A DNA stretch of 64,000 nt, from NCBI GenBank assembly GCA_043228905.1, contig JBHGNT010000007.1, positions 9,114,001 through 9,178,000 of the forward strand. The letters run 5' to 3'. Made by a program: the position numbers and the translations under genes. Below are positions 40,360 through 50,390 of this stretch, piece by piece (within the stretch, counting starts at the first letter, position 1; the number at the start of each line of letters is the position of its first letter). The notes under the pieces are model-generated. The model saw nothing but the letters and a program-made list of their open reading frames with translations. It was not told where the DNA came from and ran no database searches. Source of the stretch: Azolla caroliniana. Taxonomy: Eukaryota; Plantae; Polypodiophyta.

Positions 40360-42351
40360 TGTCGTGATGTGGCGTGCTCGAGAGTGGGAAAAACCGGTGA
40401 AAGGGGGGGGGTAAAAAATGTGCATGTGCAATATGTGTGCACACAAAGCGATTAGTTGTGCATATGCAAAATAAAAGGGAAAAGAAAGGGTGGAAAGGAT
40501 GCATAGAAGCTCGTGCAAAAAGTAAGAGAGAAGAGAGATAAAATGTAGAGACAGGCTAAGAATTTATAGAGATAGAATTATATATTATATAAGAGAGAGT
40601 TAGTGGCCTAGTGGATAGTCACCTTGACTACTATCTAGAGGTGCACAGTTTAAATCTAGTCTTATAGTGCAGTGTGATTTAAGGAGTTTTATTCCTTTTT
40701 CATTGAAGACAAAATTGGCAACCCCCCTTCTTTTTTTCCTATAAAAGGAGGTCGAGAGGGGCTCATTCGGGAGGACGTTTTTGGGAGGAGGAGACTATCA
40801 CCAATTTTCCTTTGGAGCTCTTCATCTTCTTATTCACCACTTCTCTTCATCTCATACCCCTTTATCCCCCCATCGTCATGTGCTCGTCTTCTTCGCGTCG
40901 GCACTCGAAGTGCTCGTGAGCCCAAGCTTCATTGGTTCGACGTTGCTCCGCCCCGTTCGTCATTGCGAGCCCGTGTGGTCGCCGTTCGGGTGGTCGTGGT
41001 TCGTTGGGATTGGCATTTTGGTGGTGCTCGTGTGTTTATCTTCGCCGTGTTCGGATTTGCTTTTGTCTCTAAGGGCATTTAGTATTTATGTTTTGATTGA
41101 GCTTGTGGTTAACTATAAGTTGCCATTGTAAACAAAACCCTATTTTATAAAGGGTTCTCTTGTGTTGGAATCGAACACGTATTTATCTCTTTGGTCGATA
41201 TCATTTGTGTTTCTTTCTCTCCTTCTTTCTTTATTTGTGTCTTCCTTGTACGTTCGGTCGTCTTGTGACGAGGGAGCGTTTCGGGCGTGCCCATGCACCT
41301 CTCCTCCTCATAAAGACGTACGAGCATTTGTGCGTGTGTTTGTGTCTTCCGTGTACGTTCGGTCGTCTTGTGACGAGGGACCGTTTCAGGCTTGCCCATG
41401 CACCTCTCCTCCTCATAAAGGCGTACAAGCATTTTGTGCGTGTGTTTGTGTCTTTCTTGTACGTTCGGCCGTCTTGTGACGAGGGACCATTCAGGCTTGC
41501 CCATGCACCTCTCCTCCTCATAAAGGCGTACGAGCATTTGTGTGTGTGTTTGTGTCTTCCTTGTACGTTCGGTCGTCTTGTGACGAGGGAGCGTTTTGGG
41601 TGTGCCCATGCACCTCTCGTCCTCATAAAGACGTACGAGCATTTGTGTATGTGTTTGTGTCTTCCTTGTACGTTCGACTGTCTTGTGATGAGGGACCGTT
41701 TCGGGCTTGCCCATGCACCTCTCCTCCTCATAAAGGCGTACGAGCATTTTGTGTGTGTGTGTTTGTGTCATCCTTGTACGTTCAGTCGTCTCGTGATGAG
41801 GGAGCGTTCGGGCTTGCCCATGCACCTCTCCTCCTCATAAAGGCGTACAAGCATTTCGTGTGTGTGTTTGTGTCTTCCTTGTACGTTCAGCCGTCTTGTG
41901 ACAATGGAGCATTTCGGGCGTGCCCATGCACCTCTCCTCCTCATAAAGGTGTATGAGCATTTGTGTGTGTGTTTTGTGTCTTCCTCGTACGTTCAACGTC
42001 TTGTGATGAGGGAGCATTCGGGCATGCCCATGCACCTCTCCTTCTCATAAAGACGTACGGACATTCGTGTTTGTGTTATCTTCCCCTTGTGCGTTCATCT
42101 TGCGTGCTCATCTTGCTTGTACCCGTTTGGTCACTTGGCTCGTGCGGTGATCTCGAAAGGTCGACGAGTCGTGATCAACGAGAGCCACCGGCCTCACAAA
42201 ACAAAGGGCAACAAGACCCTTCTCGGGAAGGGGTCAGGAAGTAGTATTGTCATAAAGCAAACCTCGGGTCTTCTCTATCCCTTGAGTACTCCCTAGTCCA
42301 AGACCCCCGTGGTCCCGCCCAAGTAACACACGTGCGCGAAACTTCGCGACA
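40360..42351 (+). mobile_element. Large (~2 kb) solo-LTR-like insertion I
   Basis: TGTCGTGA...TCGCGACA ends; interrupts the family A 3' region that is contiguous in copies 1 and 2; TATA cctataaaagg at ~40738; no TE coding domains; TSD unclear. Confidence 0.75.
41235..42090 (+). repeat. Tandem array of about 8 x ~105 bp units with internal inverted repeats
   Basis: Unit 'ttgtgtcttccttgtacgttcggtcgtcttgtgacgagggagcgtttcgggcgtgcccatgcacctctcctcctcataaagacgtacgagcatttgtg(tg)n' starts near 41235, 41340, 41447, 41550, 41655, 41764, 41868 and 41974. Confidence 0.95.
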
Positions 42352-44390
42352 CTGGATAGTGTCTGAACTGGGTACAAGCTGAAGCGGATACCAGATATCG
42401 TCCGAATCGGATACCAACCAACGTGGACATCAAACAAAAGGAACCGACCCAAGTTGAGCTTGAGGGGGCATGTTGAGAATCAACCTCAACCTAGTCTAGT
42501 GTGTGAACACACCCTTGAGAGTGTATGAACACTTAAAGGTCAAAAGTCACACCACTACTCTCTACACATTAACTATGTGTCATAGAATCATATTCTATGA
42601 CACATAACTAATGAGTTGCCACATTCCCCATGACCGATGAGCTTCGGTAGTTAATGACGAGAGAGGGTGACTATATAAAGCACCCTCCTCCTACTTTGTA
42701 ATGTGTCGGTTAACCTCCTTTGTAATATACATCTTCTTGAGTATTCTATTGTCCATTCTATCTAGTGTCTCTCTCCTCTCCTTCTCTTTCTCTCTCACAC
42801 ACACATAACACACATCTTTAACCTATTCCGCTGCATAGAATCACCATCGATTCTTACAATACCACATTTTAAGTCATCTTGTTACATTATGTATCTAAAT
42901 TTTAGACTTTGAAGATGCACAAAACTTCATGTAGAATGTGTTAAGATAGGTCATGAATTCACATTTTACATATAAGAGTTACCTCAGCTCCTGAAGTATG
43001 TTTGTTGTCAAAACTCTCCCAGGTTTCAACCTCCAACTTACTCTAAAACAAAGGAACCATGCATTAAAATTATAACAAGACTTATTGTCAATAATTAGAA
43101 TGCAAATGTGCATTTTGAATGAATGTTAGAGTTATATATCAAACTAGCCTTTATTTTTAGTATCTCCACTTCTAGAGCTTGCGTATTTAGGATCAATGAC
43201 TACAACATGATAAATAGATCGTTCTATCTTAGTGACAAAACATCAACTAAAATATTAAAAAAAATCAAACTCATATGCTATAAGTTTTTGTGAGAAAACA
43301 CCTAATATGAAGTTTCTATACAAAGAAAATGTCTCTCTACTAGTACATACCGTATGTCTCTACATCTTTATGTATCTCGTAAATGTATTCTTCTTGTTAA
43401 GCAGCTTCCTGAGTGTCTAGGGTTCAAGGTTGTTGAGGATTTACTTTGCTACATTTGTAAGTATGGAAAGGAAGGAGTTGTACTAGTTTTTATGATAAGT
43501 TGGGGAAGATATTACTATCTTGAAGGATTGCCTGAAACTCAACGTATCTTTCCTAAATCCCTAAACGACGATAAATATAGATGAGGAAAAGAAAAAAGTA
43601 CTTACTGGGTGGAGGTGGAGGTTTAGGTTCAGGTATAGATGGTTGAGCGCAATGCAAGTGCAGGTTTAGGTTCAGGTGGATGCGCAGGTGTAGCAAGTTT
43701 CAAATATTCAAAAATAGGGGGATAAAAGAAAATGGGCAAGGTTTTACCAAAGCTGCACGTGTGCTCGAGTTAGGTGCACCACGATCCCGGGTTAGGCTTG
43801 AAGACTTGGGTTAGGTTTACAGAATTACACGGCGCGAGTTAGGTTAACAAAGTCTGGGTTAGGTAATCTAATGGCATGATCACTACCCGGGTCAGATGTG
43901 ACAAAGGCTCATCAGAGCCGGGTTGGGTTTTCGGTGCGAGCTTTTTTGTGGACAAAGATCGAACGGTATAGATCACACGCGCCATTAAAAACGTGACCTG
44001 CACCGTCCATGACTGCGATTTCCTCAAGAGGCCTCTTTATTATTTGATAGCAAATATAAACGTCGGTGTGTGTATGTCCACATGATGTTTAGAAAGAGTG
44101 AAGAAGAAAGAAGCATAGCTTTGTAATTTCCCTTAACAAACAACAAACGGGTGATGAGAGAAGAATCAAGACACAGAGACAGAGAAAAGAATTTAGGATT
44201 TTATAGACTCTGTTTCTTCTTTCGGACATTTTTTCTCTCAGTTTTGGGACATCAGAAGGTAACCAGATGTTTTTTCTGTCATCATCGTCATCTTCATCAT
44301 CATCAATTTACATTCTCTACTATTTCTACCGGAGTTTTCTGAAAACCTGAAAGCAAGAGAGCCACAACAACCAACGAAGCATCCTTCGAT

Positions 44391-47162
44391 ATGAATAATC
44401 TAACTTGGGTTCAGACCAATTCAGAAGGTAAGTTTCTTAAGAACGTTCAATTCCAAGAGAGAAATAATCTTTTACAATTGATAAAATCATGTGAAAAAGT
44501 CAAGGACATAGTCAAGCTCCAGAGAATACATGCTGATATTCTTCATAAAGATCTGACTATAAAAGATGTATATGTGGCCACATCGCTACTTACGGCATAT
44601 GCTAAATGTGGGGCTCTTGAGAAAGCGAAAGAAGTATTTGAACAAATTGTAGTAAAAAATGTTGTAACTTGGAATGGATTAATCACCGGATATGTCCGCC
44701 ATGGCCTTGTTAACGAAGCTCTCGAATGTTATGGCCGAATGCGAAGCCAAAATGTTGCTCCGGATGTGGTCACTTATACTTGTATTCTGAAAGCATGTGG
44801 TATCATAGGATCTCTTGAGATTGGAGAAATTGTCGCTGCTGAGGTACAAAAACAAGGGCTGTTTAGAAAGGATATTATGCTTGGAAATACGTTGGTTGAT
44901 ATGTATGCAAAATGTGGTGCACTCAAGAAAGCTTGTGAAGTCTTTGAACAGCTCCCTGTACGAGGTGTGGTTTCGTGGAATATACTGATTTCAGGATATG
45001 CACAAAATGGACTTGCGGCTGAAGCTGTGAAATGCTTTAGACAGATGCAGGATGAGGGAATCTTAGCCGATTCAGTAACTTGTCTTTCTATTTTGAAAGC
45101 TTGTGTGATCTTAGGGGATTTGGAAATGGGTCAGGACATTGATGCGAAAGTTAGAAAGCAAGGGTTGCTGCATGAAAACCCGGTGATTGGAAATGCTTTG
45201 GTTGATATGTACGCGAAATGTGGTGCAATAGGAAGAGCTCGCGATGTATTTGATCAGCTTCAGGTCCGGAGTGTGATTGCCTGGACTGCATTAATCACAG
45301 GATACGTTCAACATGGACCCGTTGGGGAGGCTCTCAGATGCTTCAGACAAATGCAGAAGGAAGGTGTCAGCCCGAATAATGTAACTTTTATGTGCATATT
45401 GAAAGCTTGTTCCATTTTGGGGTCTCTTGAGGTTGGAGAAGACATTGATGCTGAGCTTAGGAAACAAGGGTTACTACAAAAAGATGTTATGCTGGGCACT
45501 TCTTTAGTCGATATGTATGCCAAATGTGGTGCACTCGATAAAGCACAAGATGTACTTCAACGTCTCCCAACACGAAATGTAGTGTCTTGGAGTGCACTCA
45601 TAGCTGGTTATACTCAACATGGTCAGGGTGGTGAAGCTTTAAAATGCTTTAAAAAAATGCAAGATGATGGAGTGTCCCCGGATGTAGTTACTTATATTTG
45701 TGTTTTGAAAGCTTGCGGCATTGCGGGGTGTCTTGAGACAGGAAAAGACATTGATCATGAGGTTAGGAAGCAAGGTTTATTGCAAAAAGATAACCTACTT
45801 GGCACTACATTAGTAGACATGTATATCAAGTGCAACGCACTTGAAAAAGCACAAGAAGTATTTGACCAACTTGCAGTGCGAGATGTAGTATCGTGGAGTG
45901 CACTGATAGTGGGATATGCAGAGCATGGGTTTGGTAATGAAGCACTAAAATGCTTCAAACACATGAAAGGCCACGGGGTCTCACCTAGTGCGATCACTTA
46001 TATCGGTGTTTTGAAAGCTTGCGGCATTGTAGGATCCCTTGAGATTGGGGAAGATATATATGCTGAAGTTAGAAAGCAGGGATTATTGAGAAAAAATATT
46101 GTGCTTGGTGGCGCATTGGTAGACATGTATGCCAAGTGTGGTGTCCCCAAAAAAGCACAAGAAGTATTTGACCAGTTGCCGGTGCAAGATCTCGTGTCTT
46201 GGACATCGCTGTTGTTTGGACATGCCCAATTAGGTCAAGGTAAAACGGTTTTAGACCAGTATAGGATAATGATCAGAGATGGTATTATGCCTGACCTAAT
46301 TACATTCCTTGTTTTGTTGAATGCTTGTAGTCATGGAGGACTATTGGAAGAGGGAGAACAGTTGTTCAATGAAATGCTTCATGTTTATCATCTCAATCCA
46401 ACCTTAGAACACTATACTTGTATGATTGATCTATTTGGACGAGCTGGACACTTCGACAAGGCGAAAATGTTGCTCAACAAGGTTCCAAATTCAGACTATG
46501 GTCCACTTTTGCTTGCTATACTAGGCGCTTGTGGAAAATGGGGAAATGTAAAACTTGGAAGATGGGCCTTTGAGCAAGCGGTGAAGTTAGATGAAAAGTG
46601 TGCTTCAGCATATGTTTGCATGAAAAACATATATGCAAGGGCTGGAATGCAGATGGAGGCTGATGAAGTTGAATCACAGAGGGTGAAAAGTAAAGCGTGG
46701 ATGATACCAGGGTGCTCTTGGTGGAGTGATATTAGTAGGAATGTACATTCATTTGTTGCTGGTGATAAAAGCCATCCTCAAACTACACACATATATGCAA
46801 AGCTAGAAGAGATTCATATGAAACTTGCACGAGAAGGCTATTCCCCTGGTCCGCATTGTCTATCTCAAGTTATTCCATGTGAAGATAATGAGGACGGCTT
46901 GTGTGTTTATAGTGAAAATCTAGCTCTTGCATGTGCTTTGATCAATAGTCCCAAAGGTGCACCATTACGTGTTACCAAGAACATGAAGATGTGTGAAGAG
47001 TGTCATTCTTACACAACGCTTATATCGGTGATTGAGAAGTGTAGGATACAAGTGAATGATCCAGATCGTGTTCACATTTTTGAGAATGGTAGATGTATTT
47101 GTGAAGATACTAATGATGTTGAGCTTTCAAGTTATGGATTCAGGCAATTTTCATATGATTGA
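44391..47162 (+). CDS. PLS-class pentatricopeptide repeat protein with E1/E2 and a DYW:WW-type deaminase-like domain (organellar RNA-editing factor)
   Basis: About 20 P/LL/S motifs (LL = 36 aa), P2-L2-S2, E1/E2, PG box PGCSWWS, YSENLA...CEECH, RVHIFENGRCIC; intact 923-aa ORF. Confidence 0.95.
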   Translation: MNNLTWVQTNSEGKFLKNVQFQERNNLLQLIKSCEKVKDIVKLQRIHADILHKDLTIKDVYVATSLLTAYAKCGALEKAKEVFEQIVVKNVVTWNGLITGYVRHGLVNEALECYGRMRSQNVAPDVVTYTCILKACGIIGSLEIGEIVAAEVQKQGLFRKDIMLGNTLVDMYAKCGALKKACEVFEQLPVRGVVSWNILISGYAQNGLAAEAVKCFRQMQDEGILADSVTCLSILKACVILGDLEMGQDIDAKVRKQGLLHENPVIGNALVDMYAKCGAIGRARDVFDQLQVRSVIAWTALITGYVQHGPVGEALRCFRQMQKEGVSPNNVTFMCILKACSILGSLEVGEDIDAELRKQGLLQKDVMLGTSLVDMYAKCGALDKAQDVLQRLPTRNVVSWSALIAGYTQHGQGGEALKCFKKMQDDGVSPDVVTYICVLKACGIAGCLETGKDIDHEVRKQGLLQKDNLLGTTLVDMYIKCNALEKAQEVFDQLAVRDVVSWSALIVGYAEHGFGNEALKCFKHMKGHGVSPSAITYIGVLKACGIVGSLEIGEDIYAEVRKQGLLRKNIVLGGALVDMYAKCGVPKKAQEVFDQLPVQDLVSWTSLLFGHAQLGQGKTVLDQYRIMIRDGIMPDLITFLVLLNACSHGGLLEEGEQLFNEMLHVYHLNPTLEHYTCMIDLFGRAGHFDKAKMLLNKVPNSDYGPLLLAILGACGKWGNVKLGRWAFEQAVKLDEKCASAYVCMKNIYARAGMQMEADEVESQRVKSKAWMIPGCSWWSDISRNVHSFVAGDKSHPQTTHIYAKLEEIHMKLAREGYSPGPHCLSQVIPCEDNEDGLCVYSENLALACALINSPKGAPLRVTKNMKMCEECHSYTTLISVIEKCRIQVNDPDRVHIFENGRCICEDTNDVELSSYGFRQFSYD

Positions 47163-47477
47163 GTTCAGATATTTTCATTTCTTATGTTGTTTTTTTGCTG
47201 TTCATAGTCCAACTTAATGAGCCATTTGTAGTTTCAGAGTACAAGAGAATTCATATTTACAGATGCATGGAATAATCTCAAAAGATTTTGTGTAAAGATT
47301 GACTCTATTCTTTGTGTAAGTAAGTTATATCTGAATTAAGAATAAATAATCGATAAATGAGCATCTGTAGCCCTATACTGTGGTGATATCTATGATGGGT
47401 CTTCCATCATATTTAAATATAACTCCTTGTCACATGTCACACTCAATAAGCTCAAGCTAGGAGTGCACTTGCAACTA

Positions 47478-47648
47478 ATGGAGAATGAGAAGAAATGGGA
47501 ACATTGAGCTCAAACAATGATTTGAGTAGAGATAAGGGTGGCACACTTTTGGCCACTCATGGAGAATGAGAAGAAATGGGAAGTGAGGAAAGAGCCTAGA
47601 GCTCATACAATGATTTGAGAAGGAGTAGAAATAAGGGTGGCACACTTA
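47478..47648. repeat. Short imperfect direct duplication (2 copies, ~80-100 bp)
   Basis: 'atggagaatgagaagaaatgggaa...ataagggtggcacactt' occurs twice. Confidence 0.75.
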
Positions 47649-48539
47649 TATTATATGATGGGTTTTTCTTAGAACATGAAGTATCAAAGACTACAACGAA
47701 GACTATGAAAATGGGGTATTATGGGAACATAGTTTGGTGGATTGGATGGTTTCCATGGTTATGGTGGAAGGATAGTCGTGGTGGTGATGGAATAAGAAAG
47801 ATAAGGAACCAACGGTTTAGGTTCTAGGTCAGTCTAGTATATGGATAGTTAGGTTATGGCTAAAGGAAAAGATTAGGACAAGGGTCAAAGGTTCCAACTT
47901 GGTGGACCAACACTTCGCACATACTAAAGGATGTGCAAGTTTGGTGCGGGTGGATGTCATGATGTGGGAAACACATAGGAGGAATTAAGTTAAACTCGGA
48001 AAATTAAAAAGGTTGAATGATAAATCAAGAGTGTAGTAACAAAGACATATATCGACTTGGACTTAAGTACAACAAAAAGGCTTAGCTCAATTGGTAAAAG
48101 TGTGTGTTATGAGTTGGAGGTTAGAGGTTTGAGTCCTACTTGGACCATAGGAATTTGGGTGGATAAATGAATGTGATGGTATTAAACATTATGATTACCC
48201 TTTTGCTAGCATCAAGCACCAAAAAGGGTAAGTAAAGGGTGTAAGTGGGAAGAAAGCATGGTATATGCTAAAATGAAAATGAGGGAGAGCCTCTCGAATT
48301 CTATACAAAGGTGAAGAGGCCTTATTGTTCGGAAGCGCAACTGAATTCTACAAAGAGAGCAAGACCAACAAACAGAATGTTTGCTGACCTCAGTGTGCAA
48401 GAGCAAATCAGGGTGAATCCAAACCCAACTCGATATGATAACAGAGTAAGGGTATGAAGAGGAAGAGGACAAGAGTTGATTGAAATAGATTGTGTGCTAC
48501 CAAAGGTTGGTGTAATTCAACATGAGTTTCAAGAATGGA

Positions 48540-49000
48540 AGCCAAAACCAGTGGAAGAAGAAAGGAGAACTTTGATTTTGGATCTTGATTAAGTCCTTGT
48601 GAATATGCGACTGCAGCAACAAGGGAGGACGAGAATCAATTTTTGAGATGAGTTGTGCAATGGTTTGATTTATTTATTTGGAGTGATAAAGTACGTAATG
48701 AAGTTTGGAACTATGTGGATTGAATCTTCCCAAAGTGGTCACCCAAATTTAAGTGTTAGTGGACTAGGGAAAATTGTGAAGAAAAGGACTATGTAAGGTT
48801 CAAAAGCCTTGATGAATTTTGGTATGTGTTCCCAGTTTATAATGAGGACACTACCTTAATAGTGGATACACAACATTTTCGGTAATACCTCAACCTTCGT
48901 AGATGTTGTCTTATTGTCCTAGAAGATATGCAAGAAAACTACTTGGTGGAAACTCTTAGTAGCCAACTTCAAGCATGGTTATCATACCGAATTGAGTACA
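48540..49000 (+). pseudogene. Decayed FCP1/SCP (NIF) family HAD phosphatase domain
   Basis: Manual translation across one frameshift and stops: RRTLILDLD*VLV...QFLR*VVQWFDLFIWS...IFPKW..WTRENC..FKSLDEFWYVFPVYNEDTTLIVD..LN. Confidence 0.7.
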
Positions 49001-49139
49001 TAAACAACATATGTAGAGAGGTTCCACTCAATTCGAATAGCTTGGCAATTTATTGTAAATTTGTGGAACCATCATAGTCTTCAATATTTTCTAATTGATG
49101 TAATTTAATAACAATATTTTACAGAAAAGTATGATCTCT

Positions 49140-50390
49140 AGGAAGCTACAAATTCCATGGCATAGTGTTCTAAATACATTCGTACACATAACTCTAATTG
49201 TATATAAATTTGTGAAGTTCTATATTGTGATATCGGTACTTTGATGCACCTCACCAAATGAGAGTACATGTATGCTACTGGTTTGTCTTCTAAAAGCTTG
49301 TAAACATAATCAAATTCATCCACTCTTGCATAAAAAATACCTTCGATGTAGAATGCCCCAGCAAATACACATTTCCTGAAGCATCTACAATATTGTGAGT
49401 TGCATCTCCAATTTTGTTTGACATACACAATGGTAGCAAAAACATGTTAATTCTCTAATTGCAATACGATGACCATCCTTCATAACCACGAGCAGAGTGG
49501 AGAGATTTTAGTTTAGGGATTCCTTAACACTCCCATGTCTTCTCTCAATTTACTTAATCTATCATCCCTTCCCAAAATACTCTTTTGATATCTCCAACCT
49601 ATGAGTAAATACCAATTGCACTAGATGACATACCAGTTCTTAAAAAATCCACTACATGAGTGACACAATTTAGATGCAAACCATTGACCTTTAGTTGTTC
49701 ACGAGTAATTGCTCACTTTATAGTTGCACTTGCTCCATCAAGTTCACCTTTTCTATGAATAGACCCGAAAAAGTTCCATCTCATCTCTAATCTTGTTTTA
49801 GAAGGATACCTCCCAACCAAATACAATGGTCGTTTAGCCTTGAATTGTGATGCAGATCCATCAGACAAAGCTCAATGTTGAGTAAGCTCCAAATGTTAAT
49901 CTAACAACCATTCTAATGTAGTTTAAAACAATGTTGAACAAACAAGGGATCATGTTTCTTATCATCATATATAAAGAAATGAATTACTTTCTTTACATCA
50001 CTTGAAACTCGATAATAGCTTATATGCACAAAAATTGTTACTTGTACTGACCACCAATTTCATTTTGCTTCTTGAAGGTATAATTCTTTGCAAAATCTAC
50101 GACTAACACAACTACATCATTTGGAAAATTAGATATTGACACCTTGACCTAATTGGCTTACCATAAATAAGTAAAGTTGTGATTAATGAACTTCTTTGAA
50201 GATACTTAAAAAAGAGACAACAAATCACTTGGTTTAAGCAACTTTCTAACTAAATCCTTTATTTTACACACCTTGCCTTCATAAGTCGTCTCAACATTTT
50301 CAAATGACCTAACAAGGATTAAAATTTCACTAAACTCTTTTGGACACCACCTAAATCTAGTAGGTCCATAGTCTTGAATGCTTTTATCGT
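49140..50390 (-). mobile_element. Decayed DDE/D transposase, Sola-like (probably Sola2)
   Basis: Manual translation: VVDFAKNYTFKKQNEI..W.VQVTIFVH..FIYDDKKHDPLFVQHCF..LSDGSASQFKAKR..WNFFGSIHRKGELDGASATIK. The superfamily call is from motif recall only. Confidence 0.65.

Larger units (their letters stand above)
39125..42858 (+). mobile_element. Ty1/Copia family A copy 3: RT-RNaseH, PPT and 3' LTR (42471-42858); 5' truncated, carries insertion I
   Basis: VKNAFL, LYGLKQAPRAW, LYVDDL, RNaseH; the LTR is homologous to 21771-22224. Confidence 0.92.
19520..44062. mobile_element. Putative old TIR DNA transposon (Mutator/foldback-like) enclosing the LTR nest; inverted repeats at ~19520-19690 and ~43880-44062
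   Basis: Left 'cgctcttgtttgctgccaaatcctaatgagtcc..ggaatcg..gacggtacag..ggcgcgtgcgatctgcaccg..atctttatctaaaaaagc' aligns with the reverse complement of the right end 'cgtttatatttgctatcaaataataaagaggcc..gaaatcg..gacggtgcag..ggcgcgtgtgatctataccg..atctttgtccacaaaaaagc'. Subterminal CCCGAC/CCTAAC repeats occur on both sides. No TSD or transposase was identified. Confidence 0.55.

Noticed and set aside
41145-41956. Repetitive 138-226 aa ORFs on both strands as real proteins
   Set aside because: They are a by-product of a ~105 bp (35-codon) repeat period inside an LTR.
41235-42090. CRISPR array or hammerhead-ribozyme (retrozyme) multimer
   Set aside because: Units are homologous along their whole length (no unique spacers, no cas genes). 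The minus strand has gggc..gccc-GAAAC but no upstream CUGANGA core.
43760-43870. Interstitial telomere (GGGTTAGG motifs)
   Set aside because: The motifs are spaced ~20 bp apart rather than tandem and are better explained as subterminal repeats of the TIR element.
46700-47162. U-to-C (DYW:KP-type) editing enzyme
   Set aside because: The PG box is PGCSWW and the active-site motif is xSE rather than the HAE of KP-type domains.
30553-48147. Functional tRNA genes
   Set aside because: Acceptor and anticodon stems are broken and all copies lie within TE sequence, so they are reported only as tRNA-like.
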